From the IMG/VR virus record IMGVR_UViG_3300042691_032560: a DNA stretch of 64,000 nucleotides. One strand, given 5' to 3'. Source of the stretch: an uncultured virus (IMG/VR IMGVR_UViG_3300042691_032560). Taxonomy: Duplodnaviria; Heunggongvirae; Uroviricota; Caudoviricetes. Under the pieces are notes generated by a model. That model saw nothing but the letters and a program-made list of their open reading frames with translations. It did no database searches and had not been told where the DNA came from. Positions 9,850-18,482 of this stretch are shown here, piece after piece. The translations under genes were made by a program, and so were the position numbers. Each line of letters begins with the position of its first letter. Positions within the stretch are counted from its first letter, which is position 1.

Positions 9850-10164
9850 TTATTTACCTATAACTAATTCGTCAAAATTTAATTTACCCATACCTGAATT
9901 CTCGTCTTCTACGAATTCATCATACATGTAAGCTTTAACAACTGACAAAATACTTTGTTCGGATTGAGCAATTTTACTCTCCATCCAATCCTCAAGTTGT
10001 TCTCCGTCTTCCATTTTTTCCCACATGGTATAAGCCATGGTCGCCAACATAAAAAGTTGTTGTTTTGCCATGTATGAACCAGGTTCATTAGACTCACTAA
10101 CATTATTTTTAACTTTACCGACCAAGTCGGCAAGTTGTTTTTCAGATATAAGAATGTTTTTCAT
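9850..10164 (-). CDS. hypothetical protein with ISE leader (start revised)
   Basis: MKNILISEKQ; TATTTAT 10184-10178. Confidence 0.7.
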   Translation of the reverse strand: MKNILISEKQLADLVGKVKNNVSESNEPGSYMAKQQLFMLATMAYTMWEKMEDGEQLEDWMESKIAQSEQSILSVVKAYMYDEFVEDENSGMGKLNFDELVIGK

Positions 10165-10194
10165 ATGGTCTTTTATTATAAATATCAAAAAACA

Positions 10195-10221
10195 AAAAAA
10201 AGGAGATTTCTCTCCTTTTTT
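10195..10221 (-). terminator. intrinsic terminator (could act bidirectionally)
   Basis: AAAAAAGGAGA-TTTC-TCTCCTTTTTT. Confidence 0.8.
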
Positions 10222-10268
10222 GAGCCCGTTTTACCGGTCCACCACTTGGTTTTAATATACCAAGAAAA

Positions 10269-10625
10269 TCACTCATTCAGAACCTCAATATCCTCAATTT
10301 CAATCTTTTTGGTTAAGGTATCATACTTGGCATGAACCATAACCTTTGATTGTTTTTCTGATGATTTTGTTTTTACAGTATCTTTTTTTGGAATCTTAAC
10401 TTTGGTGTCATCCTCAATTTTAATATCAACCTTTTCAGTTTTATTTACTTTATCGGGAAGAATGACAGAATCGTAAAATGACTTAATTTGAACAACCATT
10501 AATACAAATAAAGCAGCAACCGCAATCAAAATAAATTTGATGGTTCGTTTCCAAAACTTTACTAATATCAACACGGCAATAGCCGCTGACAATAACCAAC
10601 CGAATGTATTTGAATCTATAATCAT
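10269..10625 (-). CDS. membrane protein
   Basis: two N-terminal TM helices, Lys-rich tail. Confidence 0.7.
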   Translation of the reverse strand: MIIDSNTFGWLLSAAIAVLILVKFWKRTIKFILIAVAALFVLMVVQIKSFYDSVILPDKVNKTEKVDIKIEDDTKVKIPKKDTVKTKSSEKQSKVMVHAKYDTLTKKIEIEDIEVLNE

Positions 10626-10897
10626 TTTGTTACTAGTGCTTCGATTTTACTTTTTACAATTTCTGACATCTCGATTGAACTAAGAGATGTAGTAATAATA
10701 GAATCAGAGAGGAACCGATGCGGTACGTGAACTAAAAATTCAACCCCGTTGAAGAATGATAGGTCATTCTTAAGTTCAATACAAGCTTGTATCATTTTAA
10801 GAAACAACTTAAACTGGATAGGGTCAATAAAAGTCTCATTAAGGATAACTCCGAACTTTTCGTTTTCTATTTTGATTGTGTGGGTAATTGTGGTCAT
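10622..10897 (-). CDS. hypothetical protein
   Basis: 91 aa ORF downstream of a host-type promoter. Confidence 0.7.
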   Translation of the reverse strand: MTTITHTIKIENEKFGVILNETFIDPIQFKLFLKMIQACIELKNDLSFFNGVEFLVHVPHRFLSDSIITTSLSSIEMSEIVKSKIEALVTK

Positions 10898-10912
10898 GAG
10901 TTATAATTTTTA

Positions 10913-10943
10913 CAAATATACGAATAATTTACAATCATACAAA
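10913..10943 (-). promoter_or_regulatory. Bacteroidota-type promoter
   Basis: TTTG (10943-10940), 19 nt, TATATTTG (10920-10913). Confidence 0.65.
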
Positions 10944-11366
10944 TTTTTTGTCCCTATTTAGTTCTCTTTCCTTAATTGTATTACGTTTATCGTACAGTTT
11001 TTTACCTTTTGCAAGAGAAATTTCAACTTTTATCAACCCTTTATCATTTTCAAACACTTTATTAACAATTATTGTTAGTCCTTTAATCATATCTCTTTTC
11101 AATCCATTTAGTTCGGACTTTTTTAACAACAATTTTTTATCTCGTTTAACATCAGGTGAAAACTCATTAACTTTCTCAGTCAAAACCATATTTTTAATAA
11201 AAAGTTCATTTTCTTTAAAAATACAGAAGGCGTCATTTATTGAAAGTTTACCCTTTTTTATTGTCTTTACCTCACTTCCAATCAATTGGATACCTGCAGT
11301 GAACGTAGAAATAAACTCATATTCATAACGAGCTTTCTTATTAACTATGGATAGTTTATTTTTCAT
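10935..11366 (-). CDS. smpB: SsrA-binding protein SmpB homolog
   Basis: NKKARYEY..AGIQL.GSEVK, R.KKLLL.K.E and LAKGKKLYDKR motifs. Confidence 0.92.
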   Translation of the reverse strand: MKNKLSIVNKKARYEYEFISTFTAGIQLIGSEVKTIKKGKLSINDAFCIFKENELFIKNMVLTEKVNEFSPDVKRDKKLLLKKSELNGLKRDMIKGLTIIVNKVFENDKGLIKVEISLAKGKKLYDKRNTIKERELNRDKKFV

Positions 11367-11384
11367 AATGGGTACAAATATACG

Positions 11385-11472
11385 AAAAAAACAAAAACCC
11401 TAAAAATCTTTGGGGGAATTTTAGGGTTTAGTTTTAACCAACTATTTAGAAAGGGGTGTTGGGCTTATTTTT
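11385..11472 (-). ncRNA. candidate ~85 nt small RNA with a 16S 3'-tail-like segment
   Basis: ORF-free; TATTTATA at 11482-11475 upstream; CCAAC/GTTGG stem; terminator AAACCCTAAAA/TTTTAGGGTTT followed by U run. Confidence 0.5.
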
Positions 11473-11573
11473 CGTATAAATATGTATAAATTATTAAAAA
11501 GTTAAATTTTAAACAAAAAAACTTAATTATTTTATAAAATAAATCATTTTCATATCATAAAGTATTTATCATT

Positions 11574-11915
11574 ATGATGTTAAGTATAAATAACACTAAA
11601 TTCAAAGTTAAAGTTTTAGTGTCGGAAAAAGAAACCCAAAAAGGTATGATGGGTAAAAAATTCGACAAAGACTTTAACGGTATGTTATTCATGATGGGTA
11701 GTGATGAACATTGTTTTTGGATGAATAACTGTATTATAAATTTGGATATCATTTTTATTAAAGATGACATCATAACAAAAATACATCACAATTGTCTTCC
11801 ATGTAAAGACGATGAATGTAGGAATTATTGTGGTGAAGGTGATATGGTTTTAGAAGTAAAGGGTGGAACCTGTAAACAAAAAGGTATATTAGAGGGTGAT
11901 GAATTAGTCTATTAA
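11574..11915 (+). CDS. DUF192 family protein
   Basis: GMM, GMLF, FWM.N....LDIIFI and VLEV.GG motifs; TATTTAT 11563-11569. Confidence 0.85.
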   Translation: MMLSINNTKFKVKVLVSEKETQKGMMGKKFDKDFNGMLFMMGSDEHCFWMNNCIINLDIIFIKDDIITKIHHNCLPCKDDECRNYCGEGDMVLEVKGGTCKQKGILEGDELVY

Positions 11916-13312
11916 GACTGACCAATCTTTTCCTGTAATACTCTAACAAATTCTCTTTGTAACATCTTAAGAAATTTAACGTATGGGGAATCCTCTCTCT
12001 CGGGGTCATACTTGTATTTTCCTTGTGGTGGTCTATTGGACCTTCCCATATACATTAAACCTGAAATGTTTGTAATACATTTGTGCCCCCCTGAATTGGA
12101 TTGAATGACATCCCAAGCACTAACCGTAACATCATCTAATATTTGTCTCTCTTCATCGGTCAACTGTTCAAATGGTTTTTCCATCAAATTACCTATGTTA
12201 ATCAACTCTTCTTTTCCATTTTGCATTGACTTATAGTTCTTACCATATAAAGCCACAAAATCTTTGAAGGTAAATCCAACTGACTCAGGTCCAAAACCTT
12301 TAACGTCTTCAGATATCCATTTGATAGTTGATAGTGGTATTTGTCTGTCCTTTAATTGTCCTTCCCATTTAGATAATACCTCTTGGGCAATATCACCTAA
12401 GTTAACACCTTTCAATTCTCTATCTTTTTTAAATGGATTACAAGAAGCCTGTAACAGTCCCATTGGCCAGGCAATAACTAAAAAGTCCGCCTCAGGGTTA
12501 TTTCTAAATGGTGTATATCTATCATATGAACCTGGTTTCATCATACTACCACCACCGTATTGAACTATTATATTATTAGATACTTCAGGATAACTCTTCA
12601 TTTTTTGAACATAATCCTCCTTATGTTTTTCAAGTTCGGGAATATCAGCATATCCCTTTTCCTTCATAATTTGTCTTATATTAACAAGAATATTAGTTAA
12701 AGATGGAGTTGATTCCATAACTAATCTTTCTAAGAATCCAGGTTTGTTCTTAAACGCCAATAATAATTTATTAGCAACCATACCCATCGCCATTTTATTC
12801 TTTAATAATGACGAGTCTTTATCAAACTTAAACAAATAATTCATTACTTGTTCAGGAGTAATATCATATTTTGCGAAGTTGGCAGAATCAACTGTTGAAA
12901 TTAATAAAATATCTTTTTCTGGAAATATTTCTTTAGGTGAAACAATCTGTGATATTGTCTCTACATTTGAACGAGATTGTCTGAAAGATGTTGATTTGGT
13001 ATCTTCGGCGCCAGCTTGTCTATCGTGGTGGTCAGTATGAATAACGAACATTGGTTTACCGTGGGCAAAATCAACAAGAACCGGCATCACATCACCTGTT
13101 GCGTCGTTTTTCTTTATTGAAAACTCTTTGTCACCATATTGAATTACGTGAGCGTCAATTACCTCAATACCATGTTGTTCAAGATATGATTTCATGGCTA
13201 TGGCCGTAGTGACCCCATCAAGGTCTTGGTGAAAATATATTTCAGCCTTTGGATATCTTTGAGATAAAGCTTTGATATCTCTTATACCACTTTCTGAGAG
13301 TATTTTTTTCAT
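11912..13312 (-). CDS. DHH-superfamily phosphoesterase
   Basis: HQDLDG, LVD, TDHH, DSA and C-terminal GGH motifs. Confidence 0.75.
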   Translation of the reverse strand: MKKILSESGIRDIKALSQRYPKAEIYFHQDLDGVTTAIAMKSYLEQHGIEVIDAHVIQYGDKEFSIKKNDATGDVMPVLVDFAHGKPMFVIHTDHHDRQAGAEDTKSTSFRQSRSNVETISQIVSPKEIFPEKDILLISTVDSANFAKYDITPEQVMNYLFKFDKDSSLLKNKMAMGMVANKLLLAFKNKPGFLERLVMESTPSLTNILVNIRQIMKEKGYADIPELEKHKEDYVQKMKSYPEVSNNIIVQYGGGSMMKPGSYDRYTPFRNNPEADFLVIAWPMGLLQASCNPFKKDRELKGVNLGDIAQEVLSKWEGQLKDRQIPLSTIKWISEDVKGFGPESVGFTFKDFVALYGKNYKSMQNGKEELINIGNLMEKPFEQLTDEERQILDDVTVSAWDVIQSNSGGHKCITNISGLMYMGRSNRPPQGKYKYDPEREDSPYVKFLKMLQREFVRVLQEKIGQS

Positions 13313-13497
13313 TACTTTTTACCTCCAAAAATATTCTTCAATGTTATTAATGAATCTTGAACCTCTTCGTTAACGGAAGACTTTCTTTTTTCAACATACA
13401 TTTGAATTTTTTCTTTGACCAAAGAATGTTTCTCCTCATTATAAATTTGGATTAACTTATCTTTAAATTGTTCTTCAGATAGAATTTTACCTCTCAT
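13312..13497 (-). CDS. small hypothetical protein with LSE leader
   Basis: MRGKILSEEQ; TATTTAT 13517-13511; TAATG overlap with the DHH gene. Confidence 0.6.
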   Translation of the reverse strand: MRGKILSEEQFKDKLIQIYNEEKHSLVKEKIQMYVEKRKSSVNEEVQDSLITLKNIFGGKK

Positions 13498-13539
13498 AGA
13501 TTTTTTTTATATAAATATTCACAAAAACAAAAATGGAGG

Positions 13540-14406
13540 TTATTCACCCCCATTTTCAAACTCTAAAACTTGTTGCCTTTTTTGGTCAACGAAAGATTGT
13601 ATCCTTTCTGTAGCAATTTTAGTATAATTTTCAGAAAGTTCAATACCAATCCACCTTCTATCTAAAATTTCTGCAGCCACACAACTTGTTCCACTACCAT
13701 TGAAGGGGTCTAATATTATGTCATTCTTATATGACAATATCTTAATTGCCTTGGTTGGGATGTCCATTGAGAAAGTTGCCTTGGTTAGTGGTCTTGAGTC
13801 ATTAAGATACTTCCATTGCCCGAACACCAATTCCATAAATTCCTTTTTGTCCTGTTCGGTGTACAACATCTTTGTCTTACCTTCCTCGGTTGTTATTGGT
13901 TCGCCCTTCCATTGTGGTTGACCCTTAACTTTCTTAATGTGGTTTTTCTTATATGCAAGTATTACACACTCTTTTGGGTTATAGATATATGGACTTGACG
14001 GACTCATCCAACTACCCCAAGCCGTTGTCTTACTTCTGTGGGGACTATCCTCTTCAAGGTCAACAATTCCAAAGAATTTAAATCCAATTTGTTTCATAAT
14101 CTGATAAACCTCGGATACAAAAAATATACGACCACCCTTTTCTTGACGGTTAATCTCGTAGGGGATATTCAAGGCAATTCTTCCATCGTCTTTCAAAACT
14201 TTATAAGCCTCGGTTAGCCAGTTCTTACTGAACTCAAGATACTCATTAATTTCCATATCATCATCATGGGTGTCATATGCAATGTTCACTCCATAGGGTG
14301 GACTAGTAACAATCAAGTCAATAGAACCTTCGGGCATTTCACCCATAACTTTGATGCAATCTCCGTTAATTACTTTATTTATATAGTTTTCAATCATAAT
14401 TTTCAT
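13540..14406 (-). CDS. DNA methyltransferase (N4-C/N6-A, beta class)
   Basis: TSPPY before DPFNGSGT; true start may be 14397. Confidence 0.9.
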   Translation of the reverse strand: MKIMIENYINKVINGDCIKVMGEMPEGSIDLIVTSPPYGVNIAYDTHDDDMEINEYLEFSKNWLTEAYKVLKDDGRIALNIPYEINRQEKGGRIFFVSEVYQIMKQIGFKFFGIVDLEEDSPHRSKTTAWGSWMSPSSPYIYNPKECVILAYKKNHIKKVKGQPQWKGEPITTEEGKTKMLYTEQDKKEFMELVFGQWKYLNDSRPLTKATFSMDIPTKAIKILSYKNDIILDPFNGSGTSCVAAEILDRRWIGIELSENYTKIATERIQSFVDQKRQQVLEFENGGE

Positions 14407-14539
14407 TTTTATCTATAATGTGTTTTTTCCACCACTTCGAAAATCTATTGTTTGGATATTTGTTAGTATAAATTACCACAAATATAAACAATGGATAAAA
14501 AAATATTGAAAAAACAAACACCCACCAAATCAAATTCAT
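14390..14539 (-). CDS. small membrane protein (not in ORF track)
   Basis: 49 aa MNLIWWVFVFSIFFYPLFIFVVIYTNKYPNNRFSKWWKKHIIDKNENYD, filling the operon gap with an ATGA overlap. Confidence 0.6.
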   Translation of the reverse strand: MNLIWWVFVFSIFFYPLFIFVVIYTNKYPNNRFSKWWKKHIIDKNENYD

Positions 14540-14760
14540 TTTTTTTCAAGATTTTGAATTTTTCTATCTAAATACCAAAGGGCCTTCTTTAGGTCTTGGA
14601 GTTCCTTATCTGAATCTTTCTTGCCCGCTCTTGCCACGTATTTAACCACATTGAATAGATAAGCATCCATGTCAAGTCCCCAAGCCTCACATACTTTTAC
14701 TACTTCATATGTGTTTTCCTCACCACCGTAATGGTCAGGATGATTCACCATTTCTTTCAT
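14536..14760 (-). CDS. DUF3310 family protein
   Basis: VNHPDHY, NVVKYV.RAGKK and DLKKALWYL motifs. Confidence 0.85.
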   Translation of the reverse strand: MKEMVNHPDHYGGEENTYEVVKVCEAWGLDMDAYLFNVVKYVARAGKKDSDKELQDLKKALWYLDRKIQNLEKK

Positions 14761-14764
14761 AATT

Positions 14765-14950
14765 TTATATACTTTTTACAACATAATAACCTTTACCATA
14801 CTTACTTTCTTCTACCAACCCTTCATCCACCATTTCATTTATAACTTTTTCAGTTTCTTCCATAGAAAGTTTTAAAATGTGTTTAGAAATAAACGTAATG
14901 TGGACGGGTCTTCTTAACTTATCCAATAACTTTTTTTTGATTGTATTCAT
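14765..14950 (-). CDS. small winged-helix-like protein
   Basis: helical N-terminus then EGLVEE...GKGYYVV. Confidence 0.5.
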   Translation of the reverse strand: MNTIKKKLLDKLRRPVHITFISKHILKLSMEETEKVINEMVDEGLVEESKYGKGYYVVKSI

Positions 14951-15092
14951 TTTCAAAAAATTTAAATTTATTTCTTATTTCATTAGATTCAAATATCATG
15001 GCGTCGTACTTTTTATAAATTTCAATCAAATTTAAATCCGACTCAATTTCGTTTATTTTATTTTTTCCGACTACTATTTTATTGAACCCCAT
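14919..15092 (-). CDS. small hypothetical protein (not in ORF track)
   Basis: 57 aa MGFNKIVV...NQKKVIG filling the operon gap. Confidence 0.55.
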   Translation of the reverse strand: MGFNKIVVGKNKINEIESDLNLIEIYKKYDAMIFESNEIRNKFKFFENEYNQKKVIG

Positions 15093-15870
15093 TTTCAACA
15101 GTTTTATTTTCTTCTAATAACTTTTCAACTTTCATACTTTGGTGTATCAAAGATACTACTTTTCTTTTCATTATTGGTACCAATGTTTCATTTAATGGAA
15201 ACATTTCATGACAAACAACTTCCATCACAGGTAACTTACTTTCGTTGTTTTTTCGATATGTTGGTGATGTTTGTGAAATAATCTTAATAACAGTTGAATC
15301 AGGACTTCCACTAAACATCAACTTAGCATCGGTTCTAATTTGGTTGTTAAAACCCCTTATTTTTTTCATCGTATATCTCCAAACATAAAGATTATCTTTA
15401 TAAATTGTGTAATAAAATCCTGTCTTACTTGTTAAATTCTTTTTATTTCTTTTAGCATTTACAGTTACTGAGTCATAAGCTAAAGACCACAATGATTTGG
15501 CAATATTAAAATAATCAAATAACATTGGTTGACTTACTTTGATTATTTTTTGATACTCGGCAAATTCCTCATCAGTTAAATCAGGTATATCTTTAACCTT
15601 CAAATCTTTAATGAAGATTTCATCATTATCTGTAGTTAACTTTTTGTCAGTATATAATATTTTGTTTTGAGTTAACAATGTTTGAATATTACCCAAATGT
15701 ATTGAAAGTTCGGTAAACATAGGGTAAATTCTCATCTCCTCCAAATTTTTATTCATTTTTTGGAAATAACCTAAAAGTACATATTCTTTTTGTTCGGCGT
15801 CGATTGTCCCATTGAAGAGCCAATCGGTATCCATTACAAACGAATTATTATTTTTGGTTTTTTTAGACAT
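15079..15870 (-). CDS. hypothetical protein
   Basis: 263 aa; TATATTTG at 15885-15878 upstream. Confidence 0.75.
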   Translation of the reverse strand: MSKKTKNNNSFVMDTDWLFNGTIDAEQKEYVLLGYFQKMNKNLEEMRIYPMFTELSIHLGNIQTLLTQNKILYTDKKLTTDNDEIFIKDLKVKDIPDLTDEEFAEYQKIIKVSQPMLFDYFNIAKSLWSLAYDSVTVNAKRNKKNLTSKTGFYYTIYKDNLYVWRYTMKKIRGFNNQIRTDAKLMFSGSPDSTVIKIISQTSPTYRKNNESKLPVMEVVCHEMFPLNETLVPIMKRKVVSLIHQSMKVEKLLEENKTVENGVQ

Positions 15871-15911
15871 GTTATCACAAATATAGTTGATATTAGTGAT
15901 AAAAAAAAGAT

Positions 15912-17306
15912 TTAGTTAACTCTGATTACGTAGTAAAACTTGTTGTCAATGTATTCACCATCATAACTTCCATCATAAGATGCTAATACTTCATATCCAT
16001 CACTTTCAGCAAGCGCTTCAGCCAGTGAATCCATATCAACATATTCACTAATATCCATACCAAATTCAGATAAAGAACCCCTCGGGTCACTCATTTTATC
16101 TGATACCATATCCTCAATCTTTTCTTCAATCATCTCCTCAGTTATCTGTCCTGTGGATTCTATATTATCAATTTCCTCTTGTGAGTTATCAATATGATTT
16201 TGAATGATATCTATTTTTGATTGAATCTCGTTATACTGTTTAGTATATTCATCGGGGTCTTCAATTTTATTTTTAAGGTCTTCTTGTTTTTGTTCAAATT
16301 TTTTAACTACTCCTTCTGCTTTGTCAATGTATTCCTCTAATTCCTGTTTCCTTTCTTCTTGTTCTTCTGTGTTAGGTAGTTCACTTTCGTCAAAATAAAC
16401 CTCAAGATTATTCCTAACATCATCATCATAAAAATCTCTGAAATATTGTTCAATCGCATCGGTATCTAAATTGTCCTCAATAAAATAATCTCTTAAACCT
16501 TCAACACCGGCTTCATCAAGATAATTTTTAGCGTATTGAAGTGCCGCGGCATCCATTTCACTTTCATCACCAACCGCATATTCTTCCCCTACTAAATCAT
16601 CAACACCAATAACTTCAAACTGAGGTAAACCATAATAGTTATAATTCATTGGTACTATGTTATATACATCCACCACTCCTTGTTGGAGTTCGTTAATTCT
16701 CTCTTCTATATCACTTATCTTATTATATAATTCATCGTCTTCCCCTTCAGTTTCATTATACCTAATAGTTAATTCCTCCAAGTCGGCCTTTAAACCTTCT
16801 ATTTCTCCTACGTATTCTCCTGTTGGGGCGAAAATTTTTTCATCATTTATCAAATTTTTATATAACGCTTGGGCTCTTAAACCTATTTCGTCTCCTCCAT
16901 CTATACTCCATTCATCTCTTTGTCTTCTTTCATCGGCCTCTCTCATCTTTTCCTTTAAAATGGCCGCAAGTCTCTTTTTTTCAATAGGTGAACCTCCATC
17001 CCAAATATACCCTTTAACCTTAACACCTGACAAATCACTAATATTTGTTCTACTGATATCTAATCTACCCTCAACATATTTAACATTACCCAACGAGTCT
17101 GTTGGTGTATTTGACAAATCTAAATTACCAGTAATCCATATTGGTTTACCTCCGAACATTTTAAGTTTACTCACACCTTTACCATTATAACTTCCAAACT
17201 TCATTAGTTCTGTAAACTCTTCAGGTGAAATTTTGTAGAACTCTTCTTCATTCTGTTCTATCAATATATTTTTTACGGTATTTTTAAAACTAAGACTTTT
17301 TGTCAT
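15912..17306 (-). CDS. very acidic coiled-coil protein with a short LRR-like N-terminal segment
   Basis: GNLDLSNT..GRLDISRTNI repeats; leader ending ILIEQ; TATTTAT 17317-17311. Confidence 0.7.
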   Translation of the reverse strand: MTKSLSFKNTVKNILIEQNEEEFYKISPEEFTELMKFGSYNGKGVSKLKMFGGKPIWITGNLDLSNTPTDSLGNVKYVEGRLDISRTNISDLSGVKVKGYIWDGGSPIEKKRLAAILKEKMREADERRQRDEWSIDGGDEIGLRAQALYKNLINDEKIFAPTGEYVGEIEGLKADLEELTIRYNETEGEDDELYNKISDIEERINELQQGVVDVYNIVPMNYNYYGLPQFEVIGVDDLVGEEYAVGDESEMDAAALQYAKNYLDEAGVEGLRDYFIEDNLDTDAIEQYFRDFYDDDVRNNLEVYFDESELPNTEEQEERKQELEEYIDKAEGVVKKFEQKQEDLKNKIEDPDEYTKQYNEIQSKIDIIQNHIDNSQEEIDNIESTGQITEEMIEEKIEDMVSDKMSDPRGSLSEFGMDISEYVDMDSLAEALAESDGYEVLASYDGSYDGEYIDNKFYYVIRVN

Positions 17307-17398
17307 AATCATAAATATTTGTTAATTCAAATAAAATATTTACAATATATACCAAATTTAGATATTTATGATATATAAACGTTTAAAAATAAAAAGAT

Positions 17399-17560
17399 AT
17401 GGGATGCGGATGTAAAAACAAAGGTAATCAGGCTCAACCTCAACCGTTGGGTCAACAGGTTCCTCCACAACCTCAACCTCAACAGGCTCCACCACCGAGT
17501 AACAATCAAAATATTCAGGAGTCTATTAGGAAGACAGTGGAGAAATACTACAAAAAGTAA
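17399..17560 (+). CDS. MGCGCK Gln/Pro-rich microprotein (not in ORF track)
   Basis: 53 aa ORF with TATTTAT 17363-17369 upstream and a terminator downstream. Confidence 0.7.
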   Translation: MGCGCKNKGNQAQPQPLGQQVPPQPQPQQAPPPSNNQNIQESIRKTVEKYYKK

Positions 17561-17574
17561 TTTTTCGAAAAATT

Positions 17575-17600
17575 AAAAAAGGGGTTTTGACCCCTTTTTT
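17575..17600 (+). terminator. intrinsic terminator
   Basis: AAAAAAGGGGT-TTTG-ACCCCTTTTTT. Confidence 0.75.
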
Positions 17601-17657
17601 AATTTAAAGTATTTAGGATTTGAATTTTTTTGTTTATCTATTTCAAAAACATTTTAT

Positions 17658-18482
17658 ATGAGGTACATTAATCCAAAATCGAGAAGAGGTATTGTGAATA
17701 AGTTTGCGGATTTTATTCTTTGTGAGATTCAGAAAGAAAAAAAATATAAAACGATAATTGAAGTTTCTGATTTCAAAAATTTTTTGATTGTTGCGGGTAA
17801 AACTGAATCAAAAAACGTAATCGATTTAACTGAACTCAAAGAAAGATTTTACGAGGAGAATAAACAAACTATGGTGGATTTAAATTATGAAAGACTCAAT
17901 ACCATTGATTTGATAAAATATGATGAGAGTTATTGGAAAGAAACTTACGAATACTATTTTGAATTTCACAGTACTCCTCGTCCGATGTTTCATGATAGAG
18001 TACTGAATTATGTATATAATCACAAAGAATTAACCTTCAACAGTTTAGACTTTAAAAAAGAATTAACGTTTGATTTGGAATACAACGATTTACCTGAACC
18101 CAATTCTTTTTTCACTGAAAATTTCATATGTGTTACATCAGAATTCCCATATGGTTATGGTTTAGATACTGGGAGAGCCCATATGTATTATTCTGAATAT
18201 ATTTGTAACCAATTATTCTCATCAATCAAGACAGATAAGATTACATTTAAAATCAGTGATATTAAAGACGATAACAGTGATTTAGATATTCAGATTATCT
18301 CCTCATCTCCATACTTAACTGAACAAGTTCGTTCAATGGTTTTAGATGTATTTGACTTCAATATACAAAGATTCAGAAATACAACACTTAAGAAGTACGA
18401 CTTGTCCAAAGAAATTGATAGTCAATTAGAAACCAAACCTTGGCTGATTAAAGATAGAATTTCAGAGTTGTATATTATCTAA
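17658..18482 (+). CDS. degenerate S-adenosylmethionine synthetase (MetK)-like protein
   Basis: N- and C-terminal segments align by eye to MetK domains; GHPDK and GGGAFSGKD motifs absent. Confidence 0.5.
   Translation: MRYINPKSRRGIVNKFADFILCEIQKEKKYKTIIEVSDFKNFLIVAGKTESKNVIDLTELKERFYEENKQTMVDLNYERLNTIDLIKYDESYWKETYEYYFEFHSTPRPMFHDRVLNYVYNHKELTFNSLDFKKELTFDLEYNDLPEPNSFFTENFICVTSEFPYGYGLDTGRAHMYYSEYICNQLFSSIKTDKITFKISDIKDDNSDLDIQIISSSPYLTEQVRSMVLDVFDFNIQRFRNTTLKKYDLSKEIDSQLETKPWLIKDRISELYII

Noticed and set aside
10222..10244. tmRNA or tRNA 3' end (TCCACCA) near smpB
   Set aside because: No T-arm (GTTCRA), no matching 5' acceptor strand and no tag ORF; it lies antisense to the local operon.
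14478..14486. TATATTTG as a promoter for the methylase
   Set aside because: It lies inside the 49 aa membrane ORF with no clear -33 TTTG at 19-21 nt; possible but unsupported.
16657..17190. Antisense or alternate-frame ORFs in the track (e.g. 16657-17190, 10948-11328, 37690-38064, 46189-47009, 51700-51996, 52810-53142)
   Set aside because: They are shadows of longer genes or of low-complexity repeats, with no promoter motif or recognisable domain.
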